A stretch of DNA of 64,000 nucleotides from Octopus sinensis (Eukaryota): positions 178,064,001-178,128,000 of the forward strand of contig NC_042997.1 of NCBI RefSeq assembly GCF_006345805.1, in the 5' to 3' direction. This document shows, piece after piece, positions 36,904 to 49,370 of the stretch. Every line of letters begins with the position of its first letter. Positions within the stretch are counted from its first letter, which is position 1. The notes under the pieces were generated by a model. The model searched no databases. It saw nothing but the letters and a program-made list of their open reading frames with translations, and was not told where the DNA came from. A program made the position numbers and the translations under genes.

Positions 36904-38190
36904 TGAGAGGGTATCAAAAAGTTCCCGGACTAGTTCTGTAGCACACCAACAGATGGCAGTACATAATTATATGCACAGTGAAAGCTAGCAGTGACCTTCA
37001 TGAGGCAGTGTGCCAAGTGACACCACTGTGTTTACTTTGTAACAGGATGAAAGGTCTGTAACACTGGAGGGGTGCAGCTCTCATCCCTTACATTAAATTA
37101 TTTATCGATGGAAAAAACCAAGACTTCCGATATCTTTAAAGAGCATAAATATTTTAATTTCTGAATTCGCAATATATATATATATACATTTCTTTCCCGG
37201 CAAATCGGTAGCCTAGGAGCTAGTCGCAGCAGTCAAATGGAGTGAGCCAAATCCTGTCTTGTTCCAGCATAGTGTAGCATCGCCACGTGGTGGCAGCTTG
37301 AGAGAGCTGGCTAAACACATCCATTCTGTTCGCTGTCAGCCTTTGAGAGGAGATCGAACATAGGAAATTTTGCTGCTGGTAGTTCTCTGCGCATGCGCAT
37401 GAGGGAACTTCTGACAAGCCTTCCGGAAGAAATCCAACTCTGCACATGTGCGCTGAAGATTTCCAAAATGGCATCACCGCAACTTTGCAAGTTGTGAAAT
37501 TTGTGTTTTTGTAATCATATTTGGTCATAGACAGGAACAAAGAGCCAACATGAAATTTTGTTTCAAATATGGGAAGTCTGCTACAGAGGCATTGAGCATG
37601 CTTCAGCCAGCTTACAGCGATGTGGCAATGGGTCATACACAATGTTTCAAGTAGTATGAGCCCTCCAAAAGTGGAAGAACTTCTATGGATGATGATGTCA
37701 CCCCTGTAAATGTGGTACTGTGCATCAAGAATTTGTCCTCCGTGTCCAGACTGTTAGATGATGTATGAAGGTTCAGCAATTTCTTGCTGAACAACCACGA
37801 TTTGTTTATAGTTCTACTGCAGTGTTTTGAAGCATTTGGGGGAGGACGTTTGGGGAAAGGAACTGGATCTGTAGAGCATGAAGAATTGGATTCTTCACCA
37901 AGCTCTTCTCACTTGTGAGTTTCTTACCAAAAACAATATGGTATCACTTCCACATCCACCCTATTCACCAGATTTAGCACCCGCAGACTTCCATCTCTTC
38001 CCTAAGTTGAAAATGCAGCTCAGAGGGTCACAGTTTTAACACCATTGTTGAGATACAGAGCAAATTACAGAAGGTCCTCGACTCCTTTACAGAAAATGAC
38101 TTTCAGGCTGGATTCCAAAAGTGGCATGAAAGCTGGGACTGGTGTATTGCTGTGCAAGATGACTATTTTGAAGGAGATGATGTTAAAATT
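36904..38190 (+). mobile_element. Mariner element (internally deleted), inserted at a TA in a P2 MITE and split by a solo LTR
   Basis: Left TIR TA|tgagagggtatcaaaaagttcccggact; QEQRANMKFCFK.GKSATE N-terminus; HPPYSPDLAPADFHLFPKLK C-terminus; ...YFEGDDVKI*. Confidence 0.9.
37038..37481 (-). mobile_element. Solo LTR (copy 2, 444 bp)
   Basis: TGTAACAGGATG...GCATCACCGCA, 4-bp TSD ACTT (37034-37037, 37482-37485); perfect TGCGCATGCGCA at 37388-37399. Confidence 0.88.
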
Positions 38191-38907
38191 TAGATGCAGG
38201 AGTGGCTGTGTGGTAATTAGCTTGCTTACCAACCTCATGGTTCTGTGTTCAGTTCTGCTGTGTGGCATCTTGGGTAAGTGTCTTCTACTATAACCTCGGG
38301 CTGACCAAAGCCTTGTGAGTGGATTTGGTAGACAGAAACTGAAAGAAACTAGTCATGTGTCCTTGTTTGTCCCTTGTGGGCAATAAAGAAATAAGAAACG
38401 TTAGCACACCAGGCGAATTGACTTAATCCCTTTGTCTGTCCTTGTTTGTCCCCTCTATGTTTAGCCCCTTGTGGGCAATAAAGAAATAAGAAACTGAAAG
38501 AAGCCCATCATATGTGTGTGTGTGTGTATGTGTGCATGTGTGTGTGTGTGTGTCTGTGTTAGTCCCCCCATCCTCACTTGACAACCAAGGTGTGAATTAA
38601 AAGAGGAAGTCTCAGGTGTTACTTGTCATTTTTCTTTTTGATCTTTATAACTGGTTGCTTGTAATTTAAGGTGGCAAACTTCAAAGATTATCAAGCAGTA
38701 TATTTGATTGTGGGCTCAAAACTACAAAATTACTGAGTGGTACTTTTGATCATGAATTAGGGAATCAAAGAAATTGAATTTATATGCCAAGATCAATAAA
38801 CTCAAGTAACTGACTTGTGTTGCTACCTCACTAACAAACAGGTTATAATAACTTTGGCCATGGGAGTGAAGGAATTTTTATGCCAATATTTATTGCGTTT
38901 CTTGTAG

Positions 38908-39004
38908 GTGTGAGCCATCTGATAGCATGTCAGGACTCTGGACTAAGAGCTGCATCAGCTTGGCAACATATCCTGCTGATATTTCATATAACTTTTTATG
39001 CAGA
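38908..39004 (+). CDS. Candidate exon, two open frames
   Basis: Acceptor tattgcgtttcttgtag|, donor AGA|gtaaat; reads CEPSDSMSGLWTKSCISLATYPADISYNFLCR or GVSHLIACQDSGLRAASAWQHILLIFHITFYA. Confidence 0.3.
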
Positions 39005-40704
39005 GTAAATATCTATCTGGTTATTTTTTTGAGTTATTCTGCATTTATTTTCATTGGCTATGAGAAAATATACCACTGCTCAGTGCCCAAACTATTAAAT
39101 TTTGAAACCTAATATTGGTAATAAAATATAGTTTGAAAGTCTTTTAAAATATAAGCTTATTGACAGGGTTCCAAATACAAGTGACCCAGATTTTTTTTTT
39201 AAATCATGTGTTCAATTTTATATTCAGCATGGTTATTAATTCTTTATCAGAGAGATTTGAACTATAACAAAGTTTCAGAAAACCATCTGGATTTCTAAAT
39301 AACATCCAAAAAAATTTTCCAGATAAAAATAAACTGAGATTATTATTAGTGTGTCAAGGTTTGGAGGATAAATTCAGATACTATGAAGATAGAGATATAA
39401 TGGATATATTCTCTATGACTAAACTAAATTTTGCATAACAGTTATTTCCAGGATCTGTAACATTTCCAACAGAAACCATTACATTCATCAACAGAAATAA
39501 GTAACAGGATGTCATTCCAAATGTGTGGGCTGCATTAAGTTAACAATAACAACTGTAGCCTTGATAAGGAGAGTAAACTAAAATTCATATATATTTATGG
39601 ATATCCATGTCACAAAACAGATTAAATTCTTCGGCAATTTTGTCACTAGAAAATGTTTTCATAGAAATGATAGGTATATAAGTGCTATGAAAACATTTGA
39701 AAATCTAAAATTTTTTTTAAAAATGTCTTAATAAAGATAATATATATTTTCATCATTCATTCTTTTGTTCATATTCTTTAACTTATTTCTAGAAAATTCA
39801 TTATCTCTACAGGAAATCAGCTGCACCCTCAACCACTCGTTTTCCATTTACTGTTTGTAACAAAAACGTTTCAGAGATCATTGCCAGTTATGTTTATATG
39901 GTCTTCTTCCACTCTCTCTTTCTTTCTCCTATTTATATTGCTGAAAGGCTTCTTAATTTATGGTGTGTTTGAACAGTTCACCCATCCCTGTATATTGTAA
40001 TAAACACTGTTCCTACAGATACTCTTTTAGTTTTTTCAGTCATTTGACTGTGGCCATGCTGGAGCACTGCCTTTCAGGACTTATTCTTTGTAAGCCTAAT
40101 ACTTATTCCATCGGTCTCTTTTGCAAAACCGCTAAGTAACAGAGACAAAAACACACCAGCATCGGTTGTCAAGCGATGTTGGGCAGACAAACACAGACAC
40201 ACAAACATATACATACACACACACACACACACACACACACGCTCACACACACACACACACATATTTATATATATATAATATAGATCTGACTGGACTGGTG
40301 CAGCTTTCGGGCTCCCCAGACCCCAGTTGAACTGTCCAACCCATGCTAGCATGGAAAGCGGACGTTAAATGATGATGATGATGATGATGATGATGATATA
40401 TATATATATATATACATACATATATACGACGGGCTTCTTTCAGTTTCCATCTACCAAATCCACTCACAAGGCTTTGATTGGCCTGAGGCTATAGTAGAAG
40501 ACACTTGCCCAAGGTGCCATACAGTGGGACTGAACCTGGAACCATGTGATTGGTAAGCAAGCTACTTACCACACAGCCACTCCTACGCCTATATATATAT
40601 TTTTTTCTCTTTGTGAGATATGTCTTTGAAAATTGTACTTGTAAGGGCATCAAAATTCAACTTTTCTAGGGCATCAGCATCCCTAAGTCTGGCCCTTCCC
40701 TTTG

Positions 40705-40975
40705 CCCACGTTTATTTTTGTATAATTCCACTTAATTTATATTTGAAAAGTTTCCTCCTACTTTTTTGAATTGCAAAGTCTTTGATCTGATCCTCAAAAT
40801 TAATCTTAGATAAAACACCTGCATCTATACTTAGTAGAGATAAAGGCATCCTGAATACTATTTTAGCAAGTTTAAAGTGATTTCTTTTGTGCTGTAAACC
40901 ATTTACCATTTCTGTGGTACTCCCTCCTTCCCTTGATGCCCTAAGCATGTGCTTATTTTGCTTAATGTGCTGGTT
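40705..40975 (-). mobile_element. Non-autonomous hAT carrying the transposase C-terminal dimerisation-domain end
   Basis: KLAKIVFRMPLSLLSIDAGVLSKINFEDQIKDFAIQKSRRKLFKY resembles hAT LALLSIE...IDFEDIIxDFAxKKARK. Second copy at 53729-54027 retains the terminal CAGGGCTGGATTAAG. Confidence 0.75.
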
Positions 40976-41509
40976 ACCATTAACATTTTTTTGACTTGGT
41001 TAGGCAGATAACAACCCTTGGCTTCAGTTCAATTTTATAGCTCTGCCGAGGTCGACTTTGCCTTTCATCCTTTCAGGGTCGATAAATAAAGTACCAGTTT
41101 CGCACTGGGGTTTGATGTAATCGACTTAATCCCTTTGTCTGTCCTTGTTTGTCCCCTCTATGTTTAGCCCCTTGTGGGCAGTGTGCCGGAAGAATCGTTA
41201 ACACATTGGACAAAATGCAAAGTGACATTTCATCCAACTACATTTTGAGTTCAAATTTTGCCAAGGTTGGCTTTGCTTTTCATTCTGTCAGGGGTTGATA
41301 AAATAAGTACCAGTTGAACACTGGGGTTGATGTAATTGACTAGCATCTCCCCTCCCACCAAATTCCAGGCCATGTGCCTATTGTAGATAGAATTATTATT
41401 CTGGTCAAGTACCAAAATTTGAAATAATTATTTTGTCCTTTGCATATTACCTATATTTCATCCCCAGCTACATCTCTGCCATTTCTCCATCACTAAAATA
41501 CCCATGGCA

Positions 41510-41945
41510 CCAAAGATACATGGTCTCAAGCTTTTGTCTTATGAAGAAAGGCTGAAGACGCTCGACCTTTATTCTCTTGAAAAACACAGCCACCATGGTG
41601 ATCTCATTCTCACTCACAACATCATAAGTGGAAAGTGTAACCTCTCGAAAGAGCTGTTCTTCACTCCTGCTCCGGAGCGTGGGCTGCAGGGTCACTATGA
41701 AAAGCTCTATCTACGACGATTTCATCTCAATCGAAGGAGAGGGGCTTTCTCCGGCCGGGTTGCGAATCCGTGGAATAAGCTGCCAGACGAGATAATGAAA
41801 ATGCCGACGACCGCTCGGTTCAAAGTCTCTCTTGACCAGAAATGGCCTGAACTCTTTGTATGACCACCCTCCCTGTACATAACTCCTTGTCCCCCTATTT
41901 GGCCTTGCTTTTGCTTTTTGAGTCAATAAAAATTGAATTGAATGA
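41510..41945 (+). mobile_element. CR1-type LINE 3' end (5'-truncated)
   Basis: GLKLLSYEERLKTLDLYSLEK...GDLIL...AFSGRVANPWNKLP...FKVSLD*, then 3' UTR and ATTGA-type tail. Confidence 0.88.
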
Positions 41946-43294
41946 CTTTTGTCTTACAGCTGTGGGATTGATCTTCAAAGGATGCTGAATCTCAGTTCAT
42001 CATCCTACTTATCATTTTCTTCATCATAACTTTGAGGAGATGCATCAGTTGTTTTCAAAGGTTGTCATTCTGTACATATTCTTGCTTTCTGTTGCTGTTC
42101 ACCTCTGTGTGTGTGTGTGTGTGTGTGGTGTGTGACTTTCACTTTTTTCCTTTCCCTTGACACACTGTTTGGATACTTTCCTCTGCTACCATTATCTCTT
42201 CCACATCATATGAGAATGGAATAGTGTTACAGGTTCCTACCATGAAGAGATGAGGCGTTTGCTGTTTGTTTCCACCAACTTGACTAGCAGTGATTTCCTC
42301 TACCATTCTCAGAGCTATGACTGATGACTGATGACTGATGGTGCTCTGGAAACTGAGCCTTTCTGCTCTTGTTGCTGCCTTGGCTGGTCGCCCTTTCTTT
42401 CTTTTCTTATTTTCTTCTCTGGTATTTCCACTTTCTTATTCTCAAATACTATGGAACCACCTTATGGGTAGGCATATTGTGTATGATTTGGACTTTTACA
42501 TTCACCCTTTATGATGCCATGTGATATTATGTTCCCTCCCTCTCTCAATAAAGGAGATATCATTTAAAATATCACCCAGAGCTGTTTCCAAATCTTCTGT
42601 GACTGCATGAAACAAGTAAAGCCACCATGGCCTTGAAAACATATGTAACTTAACTTCTTCCTCTTGCACATCTCTGTGATGGATTGTGGTAGGCTAGTTA
42701 GTACCTCTCTTCCAGACAATATGCTTCCAGACTATATGTTACCCTCTCAAATTCACTCACTTATTGCAGTTTTTCTAACCCATGTAAAAGAACTTGGATG
42801 TTTGGGCCTCCAACTAGGCCCTTTGTAATACTCTTAGGGCCAGAAACTTTTCAGCACACTTTATTCATCATCATCATCATCATCATTTAACGTCTGCTTT
42901 CCATACTAGCATGGTTTGGACGGTTTGACTGAGGTGTGGCGAACCAGGCTCCAATCTGATCTGGCAGAGTTTCTACAGCTGGATGCCCTTCCTAACGCCA
43001 ACCACTCTGAGAGTGTAGTGGGTGCTTTTACGTGTCACCGGCATGAGGTCCAGTTTGGTGGTACTGGCAACGGCCATGTCCAAATGGTGCTTTTTACGTG
43101 CCACCTGCAAAGGAGCCAGTCCAGCGGCACTGGCAACGTCCTTGCTCGAATGCTTCACATGCCATCAGCACAAGTGCTAGTAAGGCAACGCAGTAACGAT
43201 CATGCTCGAATGGTGTGCTTAACATGCTACCGGCGCAAAGGCCAGTTTGTTGCTCAGGCAACGATCTCACTCATATGGTATGAGTGAGATCATA

Positions 43295-43680
43295 ACAGAA
43301 GCACTCCATCGGTTACGACGATGAGGGTTCCAGTTGATCCGAATCGACGGAACAGCCTGCTTGTGAAATTAACCTGTAAGTGGCTGAGCACTCCACAGAC
43401 ACGTGTACACTTAACGTAGTTCTCGGGGATATTCAGCGTGACACAGAGAGTGACAAGGCCGGCCCCTTGAAATACAGGTACAACAGAAACAGGAAGTAAG
43501 AGTGAGAGAAAGTTGTGGTGAAAGAGTACAGCAGGGATCACCACCATCCCCTGCCGGAGCCTCGTGGAGCTTTAGGTGTTTTCGCTCAATAAACACTCAC
43601 AACGCCTGGTCTGGGAATCGAAACCGCGATCTTATGACCGCGAGTCCGCTGCCCTAACCACTGGGCCATTGCGCCTCCAA
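43295..43680 (-). mobile_element. tRNA-Arg-like SINE (family D), full length, 13-bp TSD
   Basis: Head tggaggcgcaatggcccagtggttagggcagcggactcgcggtcataagatcgcggtttcgattccc; TSD GAGTGAGATCATA at 43282-43294 and 43681-43693. Another copy at 58350-58541. Confidence 0.9.
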
Positions 43681-44056
43681 GAGTGAGATCATATAATATA
43701 GAACACCATATTTCAGACAAAGAAAACTCACTAGGACCCTCTTTAAGCTTTAAGGCTAAATAGTTATACATTTTGGAAAGAACAAGATCATTCCTCATAT
43801 TTTTTCTTCTCTTTTCATCCTCTTTAAAACCTTGCAACAAGACAGGTGGTTGGTTATGATAAACAACAATAACCTATCAGAGAGAGAGAGAGAAAAAGAA
43901 AGAGAGAGATAGAGAGAGAGAGATATCACATGGTTCAAAAGTTGAACATAATTGGTTTGTCATGTAGAAAAGGAAAGGTTTAATTTTGAGGTGTTTTTTA
44001 CTGGTGTGTTGTGTTCTAGATTTCCCTTGTCCCTACTATTTATAAGACATACATAA

Positions 44057-44108
<52 letters not shown>

Positions 44109-44495
44109 GTTAGTTAGTTAGTTAGTTAATTTGGCTCAAAAGCAAATAGCAAGGCCATGTAGGGGGACGTGGAGTTAAGTACAGGGTGGTGTTCATGTAA
44201 AGAGTTCAGGCCACTTGAGGTCAAGGGAGGCTTTGAACAAAGCGGTCGTCGGCATCTTCACCATCTCGTCTGGCAGCTTGTTCCACGGATCCGCAACCCG
44301 GACGGAGAAAGCTCCTCTCCTTCGATTGAGATGAAATTGTCGCAGGTAGAGCTTTTCGGAATGGCCCCGCAGCCGACGCTCTGGAGCAGGAGTGAAGAAC
44401 AGCTCTTTCGAGAGGTTACACTTTCCGCTTATGATGTTGTGGGCGAGAATGAGATCACCACGGCGGCGGCGTTCTTCAAGAGAATAAAGGTCAAG
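44109..44495 (-). mobile_element. CR1-type LINE 3' end, young copy with intact frame
   Basis: LDLYSLEERRRRGDLILAHNIISGKCNLSKELFFTPAPERRLRGHSEKLYLRQFHLNRRRGAFSVRVADPWNKLPDEMVKMPTTALFKASLDLKWPELFT*; (CTAA)n tail; CpGs retained. Confidence 0.9.
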
Positions 44496-44505
44496 AGAGA
44501 GAGAG

Positions 44506-44895
44506 AGAGCAATAAGAAAATGAAGGGGATCAATAGGTGGTTCATCAACTTTTAGACATTATATTATGTCAATTTATTTATTTACTAAAAGGACAATTAC
44601 AAGAATATACATACATGTATAACATATTTGCTTTACATATAATATATATATGTATATAAAGATACCAGTAATTATTAAAATAGGACATACAAGAATATAA
44701 ATTGTTTCTGTATGTTATATTTTAATAATTACTGGTATCTTTATATATTAATATATTTTATATGTAAAGCATGATATGTTATACATGTATGTATATTGTT
44801 ATGATTGTCCTTTTAGTAAATAAATAAATTGACATAATATAATGTCTAAAAGTTGATGAACCACCTATTGATTCCCTCCATTTTCTTATTGCTCT
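44506..44895. repeat. 390-bp near-perfect palindrome (foldback MITE-like)
   Basis: agagcaataagaaaatg...caataggtggttcatcaacttttagacattatattatgtc on the left is mirrored by gacataatataatgtctaaaagttgatgaaccacctattg...cattttcttattgctct; centre about 44700. Confidence 0.9.
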
Positions 44896-45899
44896 ATAAA
44901 TTAATGGTAAAATATCTCTTTAGCCTCACCCATTTAGTACACTCAGTAATGTAATTGCAATGCAATGAAAAACACTTGTGTATTAATAATTAGGTTTTCT
45001 ACCAGCAGTATATTGGATAGATATTATTCTTTAGTTGGTTGGATTCACAACCTCTAACTTTCTTGGTATATGTATACTCTTTTACTCTTTTACTTGTTTC
45101 AGTCATTTGACTGCAGCCATGCTGGAGCACCGCCTTTAATCGAGCAACTCAACCCCGGGACTTATTCTTTGTAAGCCCAGTACTTATTTATCGGTCTCTT
45201 TTGCCGAACTGCTAAGTGACGGGGACATAAACACACCAGCATCGGTTGTCAAGCGATGTTGGGGGAACAAACACAGACACACAAACATCTACCAAATCCA
45301 CTCACAAGGCTTTAGTTGGCCTGAGGCTATAGTAGAAGACACTTACCCAAGGTGCCATGAAGTGGGACTGAATCCAGAACCATGTGGTTGGTAAACAAGC
45401 TACTTACCACACAGCCACTCCTATATATATATATGAAGGATTTCTCTAAGGTTTACCAAGTGATCCTGTACAAAGATAATTTTAGGAAAATATCAATGGA
45501 AGAGAGATATGTGTAAAAAGCATCCTACAAAATTAACTTCTCTCTTTCTCTCTCTCTTTCTCTCTCTCTGTCCCTGTCTCTGTTTCTTTCGTATTTTCCC
45601 CATGCTAGATCTCTCTCTCTCTCTCTCTCTCTCTCTTACTCTTTCTCTGTTGTGTTTTATTTGTTTATTATTTTTTTTCTACCCCTTACAACGTTATAAT
45701 TTCAGTAAAAGAAATCATCTGGCTGCATTTTTCATTCTATAATAGTTTCTTTGTTGTCATATTGTTTACATCAATGCTCTTTACATCTATAATGGAAAAA
45801 CAACTTCCACTACTACAACAAAAATAACAACAACAACAACAGCAAGATTTAATAACATCTTATTATGATATAAGAATGGAATTTGGTCCAGGAAAACGT

Positions 45900-45934
<35 letters not shown>

Positions 45935-47129
45935 TGGACCGTGGGAAAATTGTGATTCAGGCAACTACCATCAAGATTAGTGTTGTTTTCTTTCTCTCTT
46001 TTCCAAACAATATATTATGTTACATTTCTTGTTAGCCTTTTAATGCTCCAAACATCAGATATGTTAACAGTAACTTAGATATTAAACCTCCGGGCTTTAA
46101 ATATGTTAACTCCGATTTGACTGTTAATTCTCATGAGTTGGTTGATATCTAAAAAAATTTTTTTTTCTTTCTGTTTCTTATCAACTCTTTTTCTCTATGC
46201 AAACATATGTACACTTTTGAGCTTACTGATGCTTTCATTACTATGTCAGCAGGTTTGTTAAAGGCTATGCTTCAATGATGAGATCAGAATAAGGCTTAAG
46301 AATGTCCAGAGTTGTTTACCATACTTGCAAGGAAAATGTAAGTATTAGTAATTTATTAATACCAGTTCTTCTTTTCGTTCTGTAACTATTTGAGCTTATC
46401 TTTCTAATTATTCGTACATTATTTCTCCCTACATTAGCTTAGGTATTCTTTTCCACTCTAGGCACAAGGCCCATAATTTTTGGGGGAAGGGGCCAGTCGA
46501 TTAGATCAACCCCAGTATGCAACTGGTACTTAATTTATCGACCCCGAAAGGATGAAAGGCAAAGTCAACCTCGGCGGAATTTGAACTCAGAACGCAGAGA
46601 CAGACGAAATACCTATTTCTTTACTACCCACAAGAGGCTAAACACAGAGAGGACAAACAAGGACAGACAAATGGATTAAGTCGATTAAGGACAGACAAAT
46701 GGATTAAGTGCATAACTGGTACTTATTTAATTGACCATGAAAGGATGAAAGGCAAAGTCGACATCAGTGAAATTTGAACTCAGAACATAGAGATAGATGA
46801 AATACCACTAAGAATTTTGCCTGGTTTGCTAATGTTTCTGTCAGCTTGCTGCTTTACATTAGCTTAGATATTGTTGCAACAAAATTTATAGTTATGAAAA
46901 TACGTCTTATAATATCATAATATAATATTTACACATATTTCATCATAACTATTTATACAATGATATGCGTGCGTTTAGTATTATAATATAATATATTGTA
47001 CTGAATGAACTATATTATATGGCAGTCTCAGTAAAATGAGATAGGACACTTTATTTGTATCACAAGTGAATTTCTCACAAAGTATTTGCAGTATAGACAT
47101 AAATGAAAGGTTAAAAAGTTTATTAACAA

Positions 47130-47513
47130 CTAGCAGTATAGCCCGGTGTTGCTTGGGTTTGTTTTGACCCTTTAGAATTAGAATTTTTGAAAAGCAAAAA
47201 TTTTGCATTATGTAGCTTGTTATTCTCTTTAAGTGAACATTTTTCTGGTTGAAATGCACTGAAAAATGGCGACACAGCAGTTAAAAAATAGGGATTTTCA
47301 TAGAAAAAAAGCACCTTTTTAATGTAAATAATTTTTTGTCTTAACATAGTCCGGTTTGAATTTTATCTTCTACAGAATGAAGAGCAAGCCTTCTTCTATC
47401 ATACTATCAATTTTGGTCAACTTGCACTGCAGGGTCTCGGGGGAGATAGTGTTAGTTGAAGGCTACTAAACCTTCCACACACACACAGACAACTTCAGTT
47501 TTATATATATAGA
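47130..47513 (-). mobile_element. Non-autonomous Helitron
   Basis: Minus strand A|TCTATATATATAAAAC ... GC-rich hairpin (plus-strand cccggtgttgcttggg, 47142-47157) ... CTAG|T; A-T insertion site, no TSD. Confidence 0.8.
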
Positions 47514-49251
47514 TTGTGGAACTGCTCTTGATCCTTCTGCATAACATTTTGGGCTGGTGTCTTTTTACCATAGTCTCTGGGGAGCCAAGTTTTTCATTGA
47601 CAAGAGATTGGGTAAATGGAAATTGCGTGGAAGCCTGTCAGATGGATTTTACCTGCCAGCTTTGTCACACATTATGCCATGGTGATTCTTCTTCAGACTT
47701 ACATTAAAAGTACAAGGGTTTGAGCCATTCACACATAAATGTAATGAGTTGGCAATTTAGTTAAAGCTACAACTAGAATAGGACTCCCTTCAGTCACAAA
47801 TGATCCAAGAAATTTACCCTCCAAAGCTAAAGTCTGTGTAAGGTTGTTTGTGAAAGACCAGCAGTCGCTCATGCATACCAGTCTACCTTCTCCATGCTTC
47901 CGATGTTATCCAAAGGAAAACTTGGCACCAGTGATACAGCTCGGCACCAGTGACATCGCAACTCATTTCTACAACTGAGTGAACTGGAGCAATGTGAAAT
48001 AAAGTGTCTTGCTCAAGAACACAACACACAGCCTGGTCCGGGAACTGAACTCACTACCTCATGATTGTAAGCCTGATGCTTTAACCACTGAATCGTGCAT
48101 CATCAAAACTGATTGGAGATCCTTTTACTATTTACTAATATTTGCAAGACCAATGTTTGGAATTACTAACAAGTTCTACTGAGTAAGAGGTAAGGTTCTG
48201 GCAGGTCAAGCCTTCTGTGTGGTTTTGATCTCTATTTCAACTCTTTTGATACCAACCTGCCAGACACTGCCATCAGTTCTACAACACTAATAATCTGTTT
48301 TAAAGTGATCTAAATTAAACTCTTTCATCAAAATTTCATCATCATCATCATTATTTAACATCTGTTTTCCATGCTACCAGGGATTGGACGGTTTGACCGG
48401 GGTCTGGGAAACCAGGAAGCTGCACCAGGCTCTAGTCTGATCTGGCAGTGTTTCTACAGCTGGATGCCTTCATAATGCCAACCACTCCGTGAGTGTACTG
48501 GGTGCTTTTTACGTGCCACCGGCACAGGGGCCAGGGGAGGCTGGCAATGGCCACAATCAGTTGGTGCTTTTTATGTGCCACCGACACGGAAGCCAGTCAA
48601 GGCGGCACTGGCATCAGCCACATACGGATGGTGCATTTTACGTGCCACCAGCACAGGTATCACAACAACAATTTCCATTTGATTTTTTGATGTTGATGGT
48701 GATGTACTTGACTCTATAGGTCTCCTCAAGCACAGCAGTATTCATATTAATTTATATTCGAAACATCAGTTTCATAATCCTTTCTACTACAGGCACAAGG
48801 TCTGAAATTTGGGGGTTGGGGACTAGTTGATTACATCGAGCCCAGTGCTTAATTGGTACTTAATTTATTGGCTCTAAAAGAATGAAAGGCAAAGTCAACC
48901 TCTGTGGAATTTGAACTCAGAACATACTGATGGACAAAATGCTGCTAAGCATTTTCCTGGTGTGCTAACAATTCTGCCAGCTTGCTGCCTTACACATCAG
49001 TTTAATAGTGACACAAGTTATTTTACTAAATTCTACATTATTTTTAAAATCATTTGAAACAAAGGCAATGTATTTCAACAAAAATATGGTAATGAAAGGG
49101 TTAAAACTCCTAATGCCTTCAGAGTAAAAAAAAAAAATCTGGGAAATTAAACTCTGAAGGAAATCTGTTTTATCATGAAGGAAATATAATCACAATTCTA
49201 AGAATGTGTAGCAATTTTCTGTATAAACAACAATGCTGACGAATTTTAATT

Positions 49252-49370
49252 ATGAAAGGAGGAAGGAATGTCAAATGTAGTAAGAAAACATCTGGAAATA
49301 AGCAAGATTTAAGGAGAGCAGCAAATGTTTCTCAGTTAAGCAAGTGTTTACCTTTTCATGGCTGCACCAG
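49252..49370 (+). CDS. Candidate exon ending at a consensus donor (MKGGRNVKCSKKTSGNKQDLRRAANVSQLSKCLPFHGCT)
   Basis: ATG after an in-frame stop, 39 open codons, donor CAG|gtgagt. Alternative acceptor atgtttctcag| would start the exon at 49336. Confidence 0.25.
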
